Source: Lingula anatina (Eukaryota > Animalia > Brachiopoda). Taken from it: 64,000 nt of DNA. Shown here in pieces: positions 23,025 to 36,389 of this stretch. The notes beneath the pieces were generated by a model, which searched no databases, was not told the DNA's origin, and was given only the letters and a program-made list of their open reading frames with translations. The position numbers were made by a program, and so were the translations under genes. The stretch spans positions 16,310,848-16,374,847 of the forward strand of contig CM120643.1 of assembly GCA_051362555.1 (NCBI GenBank), in the 5' to 3' direction. Position 1 is the first letter of the stretch. Each line of letters begins with the position of its first letter.

Positions 23025-25984
23025 TGCGTTATTAAGTGCGTTGAGTCAGTGGGTTTTTCCAAAGTAGTTGAACGTTTCACTGCCAATCTCATGCGTGTGG
23101 CAGTTGCTTTTCATATCTTTTTCTTATGGTTTTGCTCACAGTGTGTGTATATTATCCGGTATACCTTTTTATGTTGTGGTGTACAGACTGTGCTTATAGA
23201 CGTTAATATTTGCATCGTGCTAAATGGGACATCTAGATCTTGGCAGAGAAGGTAAATCAAGGTTTATACATGTAGCTACAGGTTAACGGCCACAATAATT
23301 GGTGGTCGATTTCTCACCTCGTTCTCTTCAGCCAGAGGTAGTTACAGATAATCATCGTCTGTCTTTATTTCAGGGACAGTAATGTTGCTAATGACATCAT
23401 TGATAGCTTCCTATATTAGAGACCTAACAAAAGACTTCGTTGGCACACCGAGTACTGGAAGGAATGAGCCTTAAAGATTGAAGGCACTCACTACCAACAC
23501 TCCAAATCTCTACAAACGCTGTATTCGAAATGGTCATTCTCAAACGGAAAGTTGAGATATTGGTGTGTGCTCATCGTTTTTGATAGATAATTTGATTGAG
23601 ATCGGGTTCAGTCCCGTTGTAAAAAAAATTACTGTTGTGACCCCTTTATAGAACTCATATCAAGCTATATTATATTCATTCTTTTTTATTCTAATTTAAG
23701 AGATACTACCATTACACAGTGTAGGTGAAATGAGATAGTAATGATAAAAATATAGCGGGAGAAAAAATGAGAGGGCAGGAGACTCCTATTATAAAATATT
23801 TATAGAGACAAAAACCTGATGTGAGAGTGGTCTTTCTCTTCTCACTTCCTTTCAAATTAGACTGCACTGTAGATGTTAATGTTTCCAACTTCTCTTGTTG
23901 AAGAACACGTTTCTGTTTGGAACGTTTGACCCACGTAGCAAAGGAACATTTCCCGAATGTGGCTGAATGCACCAAGGTGTAGCAAGATGGGCCAGCAAGG
24001 CAAAGGCGGGCCGCTGCAACACTGAGGACGCTGAAGATTGCACTGTACACATTCTCTCAAAGGACCTTCTTTTACAAGTCAGTGTGCTTGACTGTACATG
24101 TATGCTTTCGTGTACAAGAACCCACATACATCAAACGCGTCTTAGAAGCAATTTTCTTTACTCCCAGCAGACCCCGTGAAATACTGTACAGTATTTACTC
24201 TAAATATTACGTTAATTGAACGATGACATTAAGTGGCAATCGTTAAATCACTTTATCGTATGACCATTTAAGTTTTCACTGAGACAAGAAAAACCAAGAC
24301 GAAAAAACAATGAAGTGTTTTCTTTCATCCAAACTGCTGAATGCTATCTGTTTGCCAAAAAAAATTTTTTTTTGGTTTGGCAACTTTAATCCTTGTTGTG
24401 TCTGTCTGAAGAGAAAAAGGATACAGGGCACATATTAGAAGTATTTTACATGGGCGGGGAAATCTTTACAAACCATCACACATTCAATTTACAACGTATG
24501 TTCGTACATGCAGAACAATTATATTATTTTAAAAAATTCAGTTTTGTTTACTTTTAATAAAAACGCTAAATAAATTTTACATAACGTTATTTGCCCTTAA
24601 AACATCTTATATTTTATCCAATTTTCAGCAAGTAATAATCTGTAAAATGCAAATATTTCATACATTGAAAATTTTTATAAAAATTAGGATATTAAAGGGC
24701 CCATCAATCAAATTATATGATAAACGGACCTATTTAAAACAACATTACGTTTACCAGCAAGAACATGTTGATAACAAAATAATAAGTTTCATGCAGTGAC
24801 TATATTCAAGTGTTAGTTCGGATGTTGCATTTATATATTTAAATATATTTAAAAATCATCATCATCCGCACAGAATTTTAAAACTGTCGCAGGAGTTAGT
24901 CGTCAATTCGTGTTGTGAAAATGTATGTTATAAATGTATGTATGTTATAAATGTATATTATAGATAGATAGATAGATATTGATATTGATATTTATGGAGA
25001 TATATAATATATTTTATGACCTGAATTTATAGTTATTACGACTAAATCAACAGACCTATTACAACGCCCACAAGTTAATTACGCGTTGATCCATAGTTCC
25101 TACTTTCAGACGTAAAATGCTGTACTTGGTTTTAATTAGAACGCATTTAACCTCGAAGTACATGTACACCTGTTGTTCTGATTGTCAACATACTTTAAAA
25201 CAACATCATTCGTTTAATAACACGTTCTATTCCGTTTTAACTAATTCAAATCAACAATAAATACTATAAACAATGTATCTCAGTTAGGAATCCAAAGATA
25301 ATTAATCACAATAGTTGCTCAAATCGACATAGATGATCCGCTTTCTTTACGCATTACATTTATTTATTAAAATTCAATTGTAAAAGTGTCGTTCGATCGT
25401 TGTCTTATTTTCAATATAGGAAGGGTCATTCGATGTAGTATTACTTAGACATGGAAGTATTTCTATGTTTGAGGGTGGTTGGCTCATGCCTTGGTTTTAA
25501 ATACCTCTTATGAAATTAACACAACCCAAGGCTTGGCCTCTGGTGTGTTTTCACAGCGCCCGTAGTAAAAAGGTTTGAGATTATTTTCGAGTTTTTAGTT
25601 TTTCGATCCTGTAATTCCCTTGGATGTATTTATTTCACGTTTGTGAGAGGGAATGAGCAAAGTGATTTGACATGTCAGTCTTACAGTTCTGCTCTGATAT
25701 AAGATAACTGTTTATAGACGTGTGCAATGTACTATTTGTGGCTTGCGTGGTGTGAGGCGTCTCACCTCATTGTGGTGTGGTAAGAGGCGTCAAACAATAC
25801 AGCAAATACAGCAAATACAGCAAATTTAAATAAATAAAATGTATTTTTTTATAACATTCAGTGTACATTCACTTTTTGGTAGTGTCTAAAAGTTTTAAGC
25901 TTTAAAGATCGGGGCCCATAACAGAGCCAGCCACGGGCACATTTGAGGAACACGTTTGATCTCGTCACGATGGACATTCACCAG

Positions 25985-26235
25985 TTGTTCAGTCCACAAA
26001 TATAATCCCCAGACTTGTTAATTAGTTGTAACAAGTAGAGTGCACAAGCAAGCGACTTCATTAAAATTAATTAACAAGTCTTAGGATTATATTTGAGGAA
26101 AAAAAAGCAAGACATGTTCAGTCCACAAATGCAATCCCCAGACTTCACTTCACTGCCTGCCACTTTATATTAAGTATCATGGACGAAAACTAAAATTTTA
26201 AGAAAACCCTGGTTTCGAGTGGCAGGCAGTGAAGT
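25985..26235. mobile_element. Cluster of small inverted-repeat elements (MITE-like)
   Basis: Hairpin CCACAAATATAATCCCCAGACTTGTTAATTA / TAATTAACAAGTCTTAGGATTATATTTGAGG, then an 18-bp TIR ACTTCACTGCCTGCCACT (26147) / AGTGGCAGGCAGTGAAGT (ending 26235) flanked by TC. Confidence 0.6.
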
Positions 26236-26930
26236 TCTTTTATAACCGGTGTGATATGATTGTCCGTAGCCGTACGGGTTAATAATCTATCGGAAATGCT
26301 TTGAATACCTTGTAATCTTCATATCTGTTTCTTGGGACATCCATATAAACAAGAGTTGCAATAGCTCAATTTATGCTTGCAATTTTAAGCTGCGTTGCTT
26401 AAATGGATGACAACTGTTCGTATGATATCTATATTTCACAATGAATACATTGTTATCAACTCATAGAAATGAAATAAATTCAGTGGTTTACGCAATTATT
26501 CTGGAATTTGTGCTTGCCATTACATCATGTGACCTCCACAGATGGCTACACTCTGTAATAATCTCTTAAGAGAATATTACAAAAAACAATTTTTGGAAAA
26601 AAAACAGGAAGTAACTTTGAATGTAGGAATGGATTCATTTACTGTTGGTAAGTATGGGAAAATTGTCCTTTATCCCAGGATTTTTTTTTTTAATTTTTTT
26701 TTTTATTTTATTTTATTTTATTTTATTTTTTTATGCCAAAATGAACAGTCGTTACAAATGTATCCCTTTAATGTTGCTTTTTCTTTTACAATTAAGTAAA
26801 AACAGCTACTGAGATATTCAACTTACATAATGAGAGCTCTGGCTTTAACTCCATTCAAATGACCGCTTTCTTTCACTTCAATAATCCTACATAGATTTTA
26901 AACGTCTGTGGGATTATTAATACCGCATTT

Positions 26931-28068
26931 TCAATATCGGTGGGTTAATTCGAATCTGTCTTGCTCAAGGTTAAGACGATCATCAAATGTCGCCCTTGAA
27001 CTTATTTTTTTCACATGATTCTTTCTTTCATCGTCCTTTGTGCACCTGGAGCAACACATGGACTTTAGAGTACGTTGAAACGTTTTACCGAACACTCCAT
27101 AAATGAAAAAATTCATAGAAGAGTTAAGCACTCCACAGACTGTTAGCACTTGGAAGAATAACGGCATATTTCGTGTCATATTTTGGGGCAATGCTTCAGG
27201 ATAAAATCCAATAATAAAAGTGCAACAATATAAGAGATGAAATAGAAGAGAAGAAACGGCGATCATAATAACAATTTTTGTCAGTTCTCGGTAAGTGGTC
27301 ATTTTTTGAACGAAAAGCACTTCGCGTCGTTTAGATAGCTCTCGCAGTCTGCGTATTATTTGCACGTTGCACTTCGTTATAATAAAAAAGGGAATACAAA
27401 AATAAAAAAGAGCGTGAAAAGCAAGCCAGTAGATCTTATGCTCGGGAAAACGGACAACCGGTGGTTTGAAACAAAATGGATAGGTCTTGTTCAACATACA
27501 CGGGCGAAATCCTATTGAAACGATGAAGAAGTACTTGGGTATAACGCTTATAAAAGAGGCAATGACGACGACGGCAACCCGTCCTACCCACGTCTTCAGT
27601 GACGAGGTATCCAGGAGCTGTGAAGTTGACGAACAAATCAAGCGGTAACGGTCGATGGTAACAAGAACGCTTATCCAAATTGGAATAAGAATGAGCCAGT
27701 TGTTTAATGACCAAAGCACTCGTGTATGTTTCGAAATAAAGGGAAGGGTTCCTGGTATTAGTTCAGTGTAGGAGAATATGGACGGGATGCTGACAAAAAA
27801 ATGTTTGCGAAAGGATGTAGAAATTGTCAGCAACTGCCAAGCAACGGAGCAAAAAGGTTGATGAATTCTGGATCTTAAAATTTCGAAACACGACAAAAGA
27901 CACTGTGTTTAACACAATACCAACCAAAGCAATAAAGAAAGCCGAAACTCCACCAACAAAATTTACAATCCCTTTGTTATCTACACCACTATCCAATTCC
28001 CTCTCTACTACCGAAATATTTGAACTGATATTTAGAAAATCGACTTTCGGCACAGTGTCATTCATCAT
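26931..28068 (-). CDS. Intronless class-A (rhodopsin-like) peptide/FMRFamide-receptor-like GPCR with one frameshift (pseudogene or assembly error)
   Basis: ORF 28068-27763 gives an N-glycosylated N-terminus, TM1 (GIVLN) and TM2 (LAVAD). ORF 27896-26931 gives TM3 DRY (VTIDRY), TM4-6 and TM7 NSSMNFFIY. Removing one base from the A7 run at 27795-27801 joins them into ~378 aa. Confidence 0.85.
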
Positions 28069-29226
28069 TTAGAACTGTCCTGCTTACCTCTGAGTCCCAG
28101 CTAAATTCAGGTGTTCATACAAGAAGCATCTAAACTGAATCTGAAATCATCTCGCTTACTTACGTCCATACATCGTATTTATAGGCTGTGATACCGTCTA
28201 ACAATCTTGTAATAATCATCATCCGGTATTTAATTAGGAAAACGAATACCGAGCATAATCCCGTGAATCGATTTCACAGAATTTCTTCGTGTCAAAGTGA
28301 CCTTTGCTGCTTAGGTAAGTTACATTGCTGACAGAGATTATAACCGTTTATAGCACAAAGGTTGGCTGAGAACACCAAACTTGTCACCGCCCGCAAAGCA
28401 TAATAAAATGCTTGTCTCGACAGTAAAGTTTGAAGTTTTGGGGCTTAAATTAGATGACTACACTTGGATAACCGACTACCGGCACTTTAACTAAGTTCCG
28501 TAGTGTTATTCCACAACGTGTTTTACAAAAGACTGGCCACCAATAAATAAAGTTGGAATATCTAAATAAACTTTTGGCACCAATGGCAGAAAACACTATC
28601 AAGAAATTCTCACCACGCTCTAGGGGTTAGGTTAAAAGACCAAGGGGATTTGCAAAAGTAGCATAATGAACCGAGACTCACCGAGACTAAAATTAGACAC
28701 GATGTCCTGTGGCAAAAGGTGGTGATATTTTCTTGATTACTTCTTTAATCCGTATATAATGCTACTAAGTGACACACCGGCGGTCCTTATTATAAACCAG
28801 TAGTGCTTATTAATTACCGGTAAGCAGCAAGACTGTCATCAAGCGTTACCTGCAATACTTGCGTACGTTTATTTAGGGTGAAAAAGTTTTACTTTGCCAT
28901 ATTTCAAAACATGATGTCAGATTTCTACCCTACACAAAGTATATTTTTATGTGTAGCAATTATTTTTCCTTATTTTCTTGGTAGGAGAAATTATTTTAAA
29001 AAATAAGGACTTTTCAGTCAGGTGCAACCATATGGGTAATTTATTCTCTGTAACAAAAGTCGTTGCTGTATTTCACAATATCTGCGGTTGCAGGTTTCAA
29101 AACTAAATGAATTTTTTTTTCTCGAGTGATTTTCTCGACAGCACAGCCCTGTAATAGCCAGAAGTTGCAGTCATACCAGTGCTAGTATACGGAGTACTAC
29201 ATAGAGGGCAATATCTGTTAGCAGAT

Positions 29227-29245
29227 GACTGGAAACACGGAGAAC

Positions 29246-29312
<67 letters not shown>
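29227..29312. repeat. (TG)n(TA)n microsatellite
   Basis: TG then TA repeats at ~29246-29311. Confidence 0.85.
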
Positions 29313-29314
<2 letters not shown>

Positions 29315-30312
29315 CAATGAAGTATAAACAAACGAAAACAAATTAGATAAATAGATAAGGCTATTAGATAAGGTATTTCCATGACAATTTCTCTTTGTAA
29401 TTATCCTTGCCAAGAAATAAATCCCAGGTTAGCTGTTGTGTTATAATCCACATTACACTAGTCTTCTTACCTCTTATGACACTAACAGGAAAGGGAATGA
29501 AAATAACAACATTTTCTTCATTACATAAATGAAGCAAACTATCATCTGGTTATTCAAATTTTATCCACAGATGCCACAATGTGGTCAACAGATCTGTCTC
29601 TGGCTACTTCGATAAGACTCCAGTAACAATATATCCATGTGACACAAGTGGGCACAATTTTAAGTACAAAGCTGTATCACAATCAGCAGTCATAGCTAAT
29701 CATGTTGGTATTTTTAAACCAAGACATTGTGGCCAGCAGTATTGATAAAATCAGCTCATTAATTTACCTATTGGCTCCACTCTGACATGTATACTAGTGC
29801 AATTATATACCTATCTGTACCCTGAGTTTTCAGTTGTTGAAATGGGTTTGTGGTCACAGAAAACAGGTAAAACACCATAGATTAATTGTTTTGGGAAAAC
29901 ATTTGGGTTTGCCATAAACATGGTGCATTTGAGTCTGTAGATGCAGTTGTGATTTATCAAAAATATCAATTAAAAATTTCCCCTATATATGTACTGAATG
30001 ATTTTACTATAAGATATAAAATGTGCATGCAAACATTTCCCTGAGCACCTGAATCATGAAATACTGTCAAAATGGCTAATATTCTCACTTCACCTTCATG
30101 TCAAGTAAGATCATATCTAACAACCACACCCAGTACATCCGACTTAACAAACAGAGAAAAATCTTTTTCTTCAGATGGTGGAAACTCATTTTCTAGTCAA
30201 ACCTTTATAAATATCACTTTTACTAGTACCTGTTTATTTTGTAATGCTTTCTCAGGAAATGGTCAAATAACTTAACATGCCCACATCTTGATGGGATATC
30301 AGATGGTGACAT

Positions 30313-33300
30313 CTACAGTCTTGATGGGGTTCCTCCAGTCAGGACAATGGTTTCTCCTACTATGTATGAAGAATCTTGTGATACTAAGAAAGACACAGCA
30401 CCAGCCATCTCATCTGGCTCACCAAACCTGACAAAAACACAGGCAAAAAATACCATAAATTATTACACTATAAATTTATCATGTTTCACTCTCCATTCTT
30501 ACTCTACTTTACAGTATCTGTAATGACAAAGATATCAATGCAATTAAACAGGCATCTCGTGCTCATTAATTCAGTTAGCAACCTATTTTGAACCAACAGA
30601 AAGGTCTTTACATGTGCTGGTCCCAACATACTGCATGCAATATGTTAATAACGGCTGCATTCAGAACAGATGATCCGCAGACTAAATGGTCCTTGAATCA
30701 AATATGGCCAACCCAACTTGAAAGTGATTCAGCTAATGGTCTCCCCTAATGGTCTCCCCACCTACCACATGCACCAGGCCTTTAGGGTTCTTATAATTAA
30801 ATGGATTAAATTTTGGCTCCATGGTTTAATTGCCAGGCCCCTGCAGGGATGGCACATGTGAAGGCAGGAATACCATTAGGGAATTAGGTGGCATTGCTTT
30901 TAAGTGGGTTGTTCATATTTAGTCCATGGATCATCTCTTGTCAATGCGACCTATGTTACAGAAATGGTGAGTTGGATCAATACAGCAAAAATTGCACACC
31001 AAGTTGTGTTACGTAATTGAATCCCAGTGGTGCATGACTGCAGCCCTCAGTTATAAACAGGACTCAAGGAGGTATGTTCTGGAAACTTGTATGAAACCCA
31101 GTTAATGCTGACCTATGAATGTCCATGTTTTCAAACTTTTGATCCCCCCCTTAAAAAAAAAAAAAAGGGTATTAAACTGTACAAATTATATTTACCTTTT
31201 CAGGGGAATTGGCTCCATGGCTTTTTCAGCTACCATCGGATTTTTCCATAGCTGAATAAAATTATAACTAGGTAGTTAAAGATCTCAAATGTCCAAGTAT
31301 TTATCAAATTCAAAATATTACTGATAACAACACATCAATATGTATATTTGTATATTCAAGTGAAACAAATGGCATTTCCAGGGGTACATTCAGAAATAGT
31401 GGATATACATTTGGATATATATTTACCTTCTCACTCCCAAAAACATACAACCAGCAAATTTTAAATGAAACCACACCAAGCAAATCAATGTGCCCTAAAT
31501 AATATATTGTCAAATCTGTTCACTGTTTATATTTGCAACAAGATGTGAGACAATTTTTATCACTGTGCCCCTTTTTTCAGGAAATGCCAGTTGAAACAAT
31601 GCATCCATCATTTTTACTTCCAGTTTACAAAATTTACAATATAATCCTGCGTAAAAGAGATGAGAATGTGAGCAAGAAACCAGAAGAGTGAAATTCAATC
31701 CTGTCAGGCAAGTCTCTACTGGGTAATTATCCAACAGTAATCATGACTCTAGCAAAACTGAAGCAAAACAAAAAATCCATTTTCCACATATCCTGTGATA
31801 TATTTGGAATACAAATGAAATGCCTACTAAAAAGTGATGTTTGCAGTACGGTTAAAATGTTTTCTAAAAAATAAAATGAAGCAAATAAAAAAAGCCTGGA
31901 TACAAGTGTAAATCGCTTGTTTTTCAGATAGCCTAGCAACAAGGTTATAACAGTGTAATATACCAGCACACTTTAAAATCACAAAGAAGTGTATACAAGC
32001 AAAACAGATCTAATTTTCAGTTTCATTTAAACTACATGTTATAGTACATTTATTGTAAATGTACCTATTAAGAGTCTCAGATCTGCAGAAAATTGTGTGA
32101 TAAATGCAACACAGGATCTGGGTAACTGTTGAAAAAACCTAAATATAAAAATTATAGCAATTATAAAACATCTACTTACTGCTTCACTAAATTTAGTTTT
32201 GATGACTCCTGGAGCTATTCCATTCACCCTGATATTCATTGGTGCACACTCCTTAGCCAAAGCTTTTGTTAGACCAAGGAGGGCAGTCTTGCTCACAGAA
32301 TATGCCGCTATTAGCTGAAAAAAAATTAAGTTGCATGGGTGAAAGTCGTAACAACCAAAAATCCTGAAAACATAGATTGCAATTTCTCGTCACATTTAGA
32401 ACGATCTATCCCTGTGGGGAGTCTCACTAGATTACTGTCAGATAATCCAGCTTAAACGTCCGTCCAGCCTACTACAAGCTGTAAGGGGGTAATTAACTTT
32501 CGTGCCCGCTTGGCTGACAGCTATTTAGCATGAACCCCCAGGGAGTTAGGTCGATCTAGTTTGGATCGATCTAATCTCTGGGAATGGGGTCTTAGACCAT
32601 ACGAATAAAACAAGAACCAAAATGAAGACTGAAAATCCTGAAATCAGGCATAATCCTGAAAACTTTCACCCATAAAGTTGTTTAACAAAAGTTAAGTTGG
32701 CTTTAAAAAAGCATTCCTCCTACACTGTCAGAAAATGATGATAATAATAAAACTGTAGTAAATAAACAGCAATTACAAAAGGAATTTCCCTGCTCACAGA
32801 TGCACAACATGCAGCAGTATTACACAAACTATGTAATACCCATTTTATCATCATCAAATGTTTATGACCCAGTGTATTAGATAAATAATTCCAACGGTTG
32901 TGACAACATGACTAACATGCATTAATTCAGACCTTTCACCTTTAGCTTTGAGTATTTAGTGTCCATTCTGAGGTAATAAAGTAAAACCTCTTACTTACCT
33001 CAAAAGGATTATAACCACCAATAGAAGACACCATTACAATGTGACCACCACTGAAAGAAGTGGTCAGGGTGAGATTAGAACATCCTTTATCCAGCTATAG
33101 GTTTCAATTACTATAAAGCTACCTACAGTAGTTACTCGATCTTTTAATGGGGGACATTTGTGGATTTTTACAGATACTGTAATTCTAATTCATAATTTCT
33201 TTAGATTAGAACATCCTATTGAGTGGTTGCAACAAAATTAGAAAACTGTATTCTCTACAGTTCTATTCTATGCAGAAAAAAACACAACAAATGCTATACA

Positions 33301-35622
33301 GAAATAAAATAATTATGATTATAGAATTATGTATCTGAAATCATTTTTGCTCACTGAAAAGATTGGGTAATTACTGTACTTCAAGCTGTATAAATTCAGA
33401 TACTGTGATACTCTGGCCACCAAAAAATATTAGACACTGAAAGATTCCAATAAAGTTGTGTGAGGAATCTAACAGTATATATTTATTCTTTATTTTGGTT
33501 GGCCAGACTGGTGATACTATTGTTTGAAATAACTGAAAGCATACATGTCCTTACCCTCTTTGTTCCATAATAGGCACCACAGCTTTACACAACAGAAAAG
33601 CTGCTTTCACATTGACGTCAAATATCTGGAATTGCATATATTCATGGTTATTTGACACTAAATTCAGTAAGTTAATGATGATTAACTGTACAGAATCACT
33701 GACAAAATGACATCCTATGGAGACTCTGAAAGTAATGTGAGAAGGGGGAGGGGATGGTAAACCAGCATTTACATTGAGAATACTAGAGTCAGCAGTAAAC
33801 TGATCAATATGTATTTTGATGACTATGATGCAGCCAAAATCTTTGCAGTCACTTTTAGCTTGCAGAAGGTAAACTGTATGACAAATTCAGCAGGTTTTGC
33901 AACAGAAAATATTTTGCAACAACACATGATTGAGGGGGCATTTTGTGGGTAACAGCAGTCACTTCTGGAGTTCCTAGGAGATTTTTTTTTTTTTTTTTTT
34001 TTTTTGAGAACAGATGAAAATTAATGTGTGTGTGTAGATATCGTACATAAGTTAATTCAGTGTGGCAAAACTCTTTTAAATGTCTGACTTGTATTATATC
34101 AACAAACATTTTACAAATAACTGAACATAAACTATGTTTAACGTATCAACAGTACAGAAAAAAAAATACCTTGTACATGTACATATGGAGTACATGATTT
34201 ACATGTATGTGCAAAGCATACTACAATTATTTTCAGCACCAATTAATTCACAAATACATCAATACTCTTTAATTACCAGTGACCACTATTCAATTGGTTT
34301 AAATCCGGTTTTACCTTATCCCAAGCTTCTTCTGGTGTCTGTAAATAGAGACAATTTTATGTTGAGCAATGATCACTATTTACTGATACATCTACAGGTA
34401 GGGCTTTTCCCAGGATTGGGGGTACAAGCCATCCAAAATTATCGCCTGTAATTTCCTGAGAAAATTCAGGAAGTCCAAGCCATCATTTTTTTTTTTTAAT
34501 TCATAAGCTGTCCAGCCATCTTTAAAGATATTGGCCACTCTGTGGCTGGACAGTTCACTGGGAAAAATCTTGTCTACAAAAAATTCTGACCCTTTTCACA
34601 AGGAGCAGTAGTTTTCTGTGTCACACCAGTTTGATTGGTCCCTGAATGCTGTAACCCTACTAGTACAGTTGTTTTTACAAGCCCCAATGTAAAAATCAAA
34701 ATTAATCTGGTTATATCATTAACTGGCCATATGTCAACTGTGGGAGCTTCATTTAGGTGACTCTGTTATGTAATAGCCAAGCTATAAAGTTGTCTATCTA
34801 GCAAAATGCTCCGTTACAGAAAACTATATTCCATGAGTGAAGAAGAAGTGCCAGACAGTTAAAAATCAAATACAAGTTTCTTTCCTTTCGTCTATCTAGA
34901 TTTTATTATTTTTTCATAACCTGGCACTGGAGAATCTGACTTTATTTAGTTTGAACTAAGCCATACATTATCTCATATCTACCTGTAAAAGTGTCCCAAA
35001 AGTCGGATTGACTGCTGCATTGTTAACCAATATGTCCACTCCCCCTTGCCTTTGTACTGTCTAGAACAAATGTAAAGTACCGTATGTTTAAGCAAAAAGA
35101 AAGTCTATGCACATGTTACTTAAAACCAAAACATGAAACCAAACAATCTAATTCTTAGTGGTCTTCAGAAACAATTACTTTTTTTGTTTTTTGAGATTAA
35201 TATTATCCAGGTAAAAATCCAATTACTGGTATGACATACCAAATGTAAAGGTCCAATGTCAAATAATTAAAAAACCTTGATAACTCTCAAAACATTTATC
35301 ATATACATGTAGGAGTACCTCAGAAATGAGTTTTTCTCTGTCTTCCTTTTTTCCTACATGGCATACCATTCCACTGACACTGAAACCATCTTTCTTTAAG
35401 AGATCAAGTGCGTTATCTACATTTTTCTGCTTTCTACTGCTGATCACTACATGTGCTCCATCCTGTGCTAATCTTTTGGCTATAGAAAATCCAATGCTGA
35501 AGAAAAAATCTGATTTTAGTAGGTCAAGTCACTGAATTTTATCTGTTTATGATAAATTAATTAATGAAAGCCTTAACAAGTACTGGCAAAGGAACCAGCA
35601 TCCATTTAAAAATAACAACAGT

Positions 35623-35672
<50 letters not shown>

Positions 35673-36155
35673 TAAAGATGCAACATGGGTACGATTCTTA
35701 GTGAATATTTCAAGTGATGGTGAAGAGAACTTGTAACTAAAAGAATGACTTTGTGAATTCCACATAAGAAACAATGTACTGCTATTGTGATATTGCAGGT
35801 ACCGGTATAATTGTAACGCACTGGTAAGTTAAATGAATTCTAACTTTAAAAAAAAAAGGGCAAAACAAGCGATGGCTAAAGTGACGACCAAAGAAGATGT
35901 AACGCTGAATGCACATTTAATTATAATGTGCGACCTTGTAGTAAAATATGTGCATGTAAACGGAATGAATGGTGGATCCAATTAATGAGAATTAAAAAAA
36001 AACTATTTGAAAATTTCTACCCACCCTTCTGTAGATGCAGTAACTATTGCAACTTTCCCACTCAATTTCTTATTCGGGTTCACGTCAGTGCTTGCCATTC
36101 TAACACCAACCGAGCCTGCACGAAAGAGCCTCCTTCCCAATGCCGAGCAAAGCAT
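30313..36155 (-). CDS. DHRS4: Dehydrogenase/reductase SDR family member 4 (peroxisomal NADPH carbonyl/retinol reductase), 9 exons, ~279 aa
   Basis: Exons 36155-36025, 35496-35319, 35060-34983, 34338-34315, 33625-33555, 33050-32999, 32314-32180, 31251-31196 and 30427-30313, all GT-AG and in frame. Motifs: TASTEGIG cofactor site, NNAAVNP, YSVSK catalytic, C-terminal SRL PTS1. Confidence 0.93.
32334..32674. mobile_element. hAT-like MITE in a DHRS4 intron
   Basis: CATGGGTGAAAGT / ACTTTCACCCATA with internal AATCCTGAAA repeats; flanking direct repeat AAGTTG. Confidence 0.6.
34399..34572. mobile_element. Degenerate hAT-like MITE
   Basis: TAGGGCTTTTCCCAG / CTGGGAAAAATCTTG, with flanks TCTACAGG and TCTACAAA. 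Confidence 0.5.
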
Positions 36156-36389
36156 CGCTGACTGAGGTCAAGATCTAGTAACAATCGGGTTATCTGTACC
36201 AGATTGATACACAAGACTGGTTAGAGATGTTTACATTCGGCTCGTCTTGTTATTGAAATCTCCTGGCGGCCACAGGACTGGTACAAAAAATTGACGACAT
36301 TTCATTGGATAAAATAACAGCATGCGTAAGGCTCGCTACCGATTGCGATTGATCACGAAGCATGTTTCAGCTCGTTGGATAAGTCATCA
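36156..36389. promoter_or_regulatory. Bidirectional promoter, DHRS4/TK2
   Basis: 234 bp between divergent ATGs; CpG-containing; ATTGG (CCAAT) at ~36304 and TGGCGGCC at ~36264. Confidence 0.7.

Noticed and set aside
22820-23255. Poly-K and poly-F ORFs
   Set aside because: Artefacts of a ~53-nt poly-T tract.
23712-24179. GC-richer patch with four overlapping short ORFs
   Set aside because: No recognisable motif or consistent splice frame. It may be an old TE or gene fragment, but I cannot support a call.
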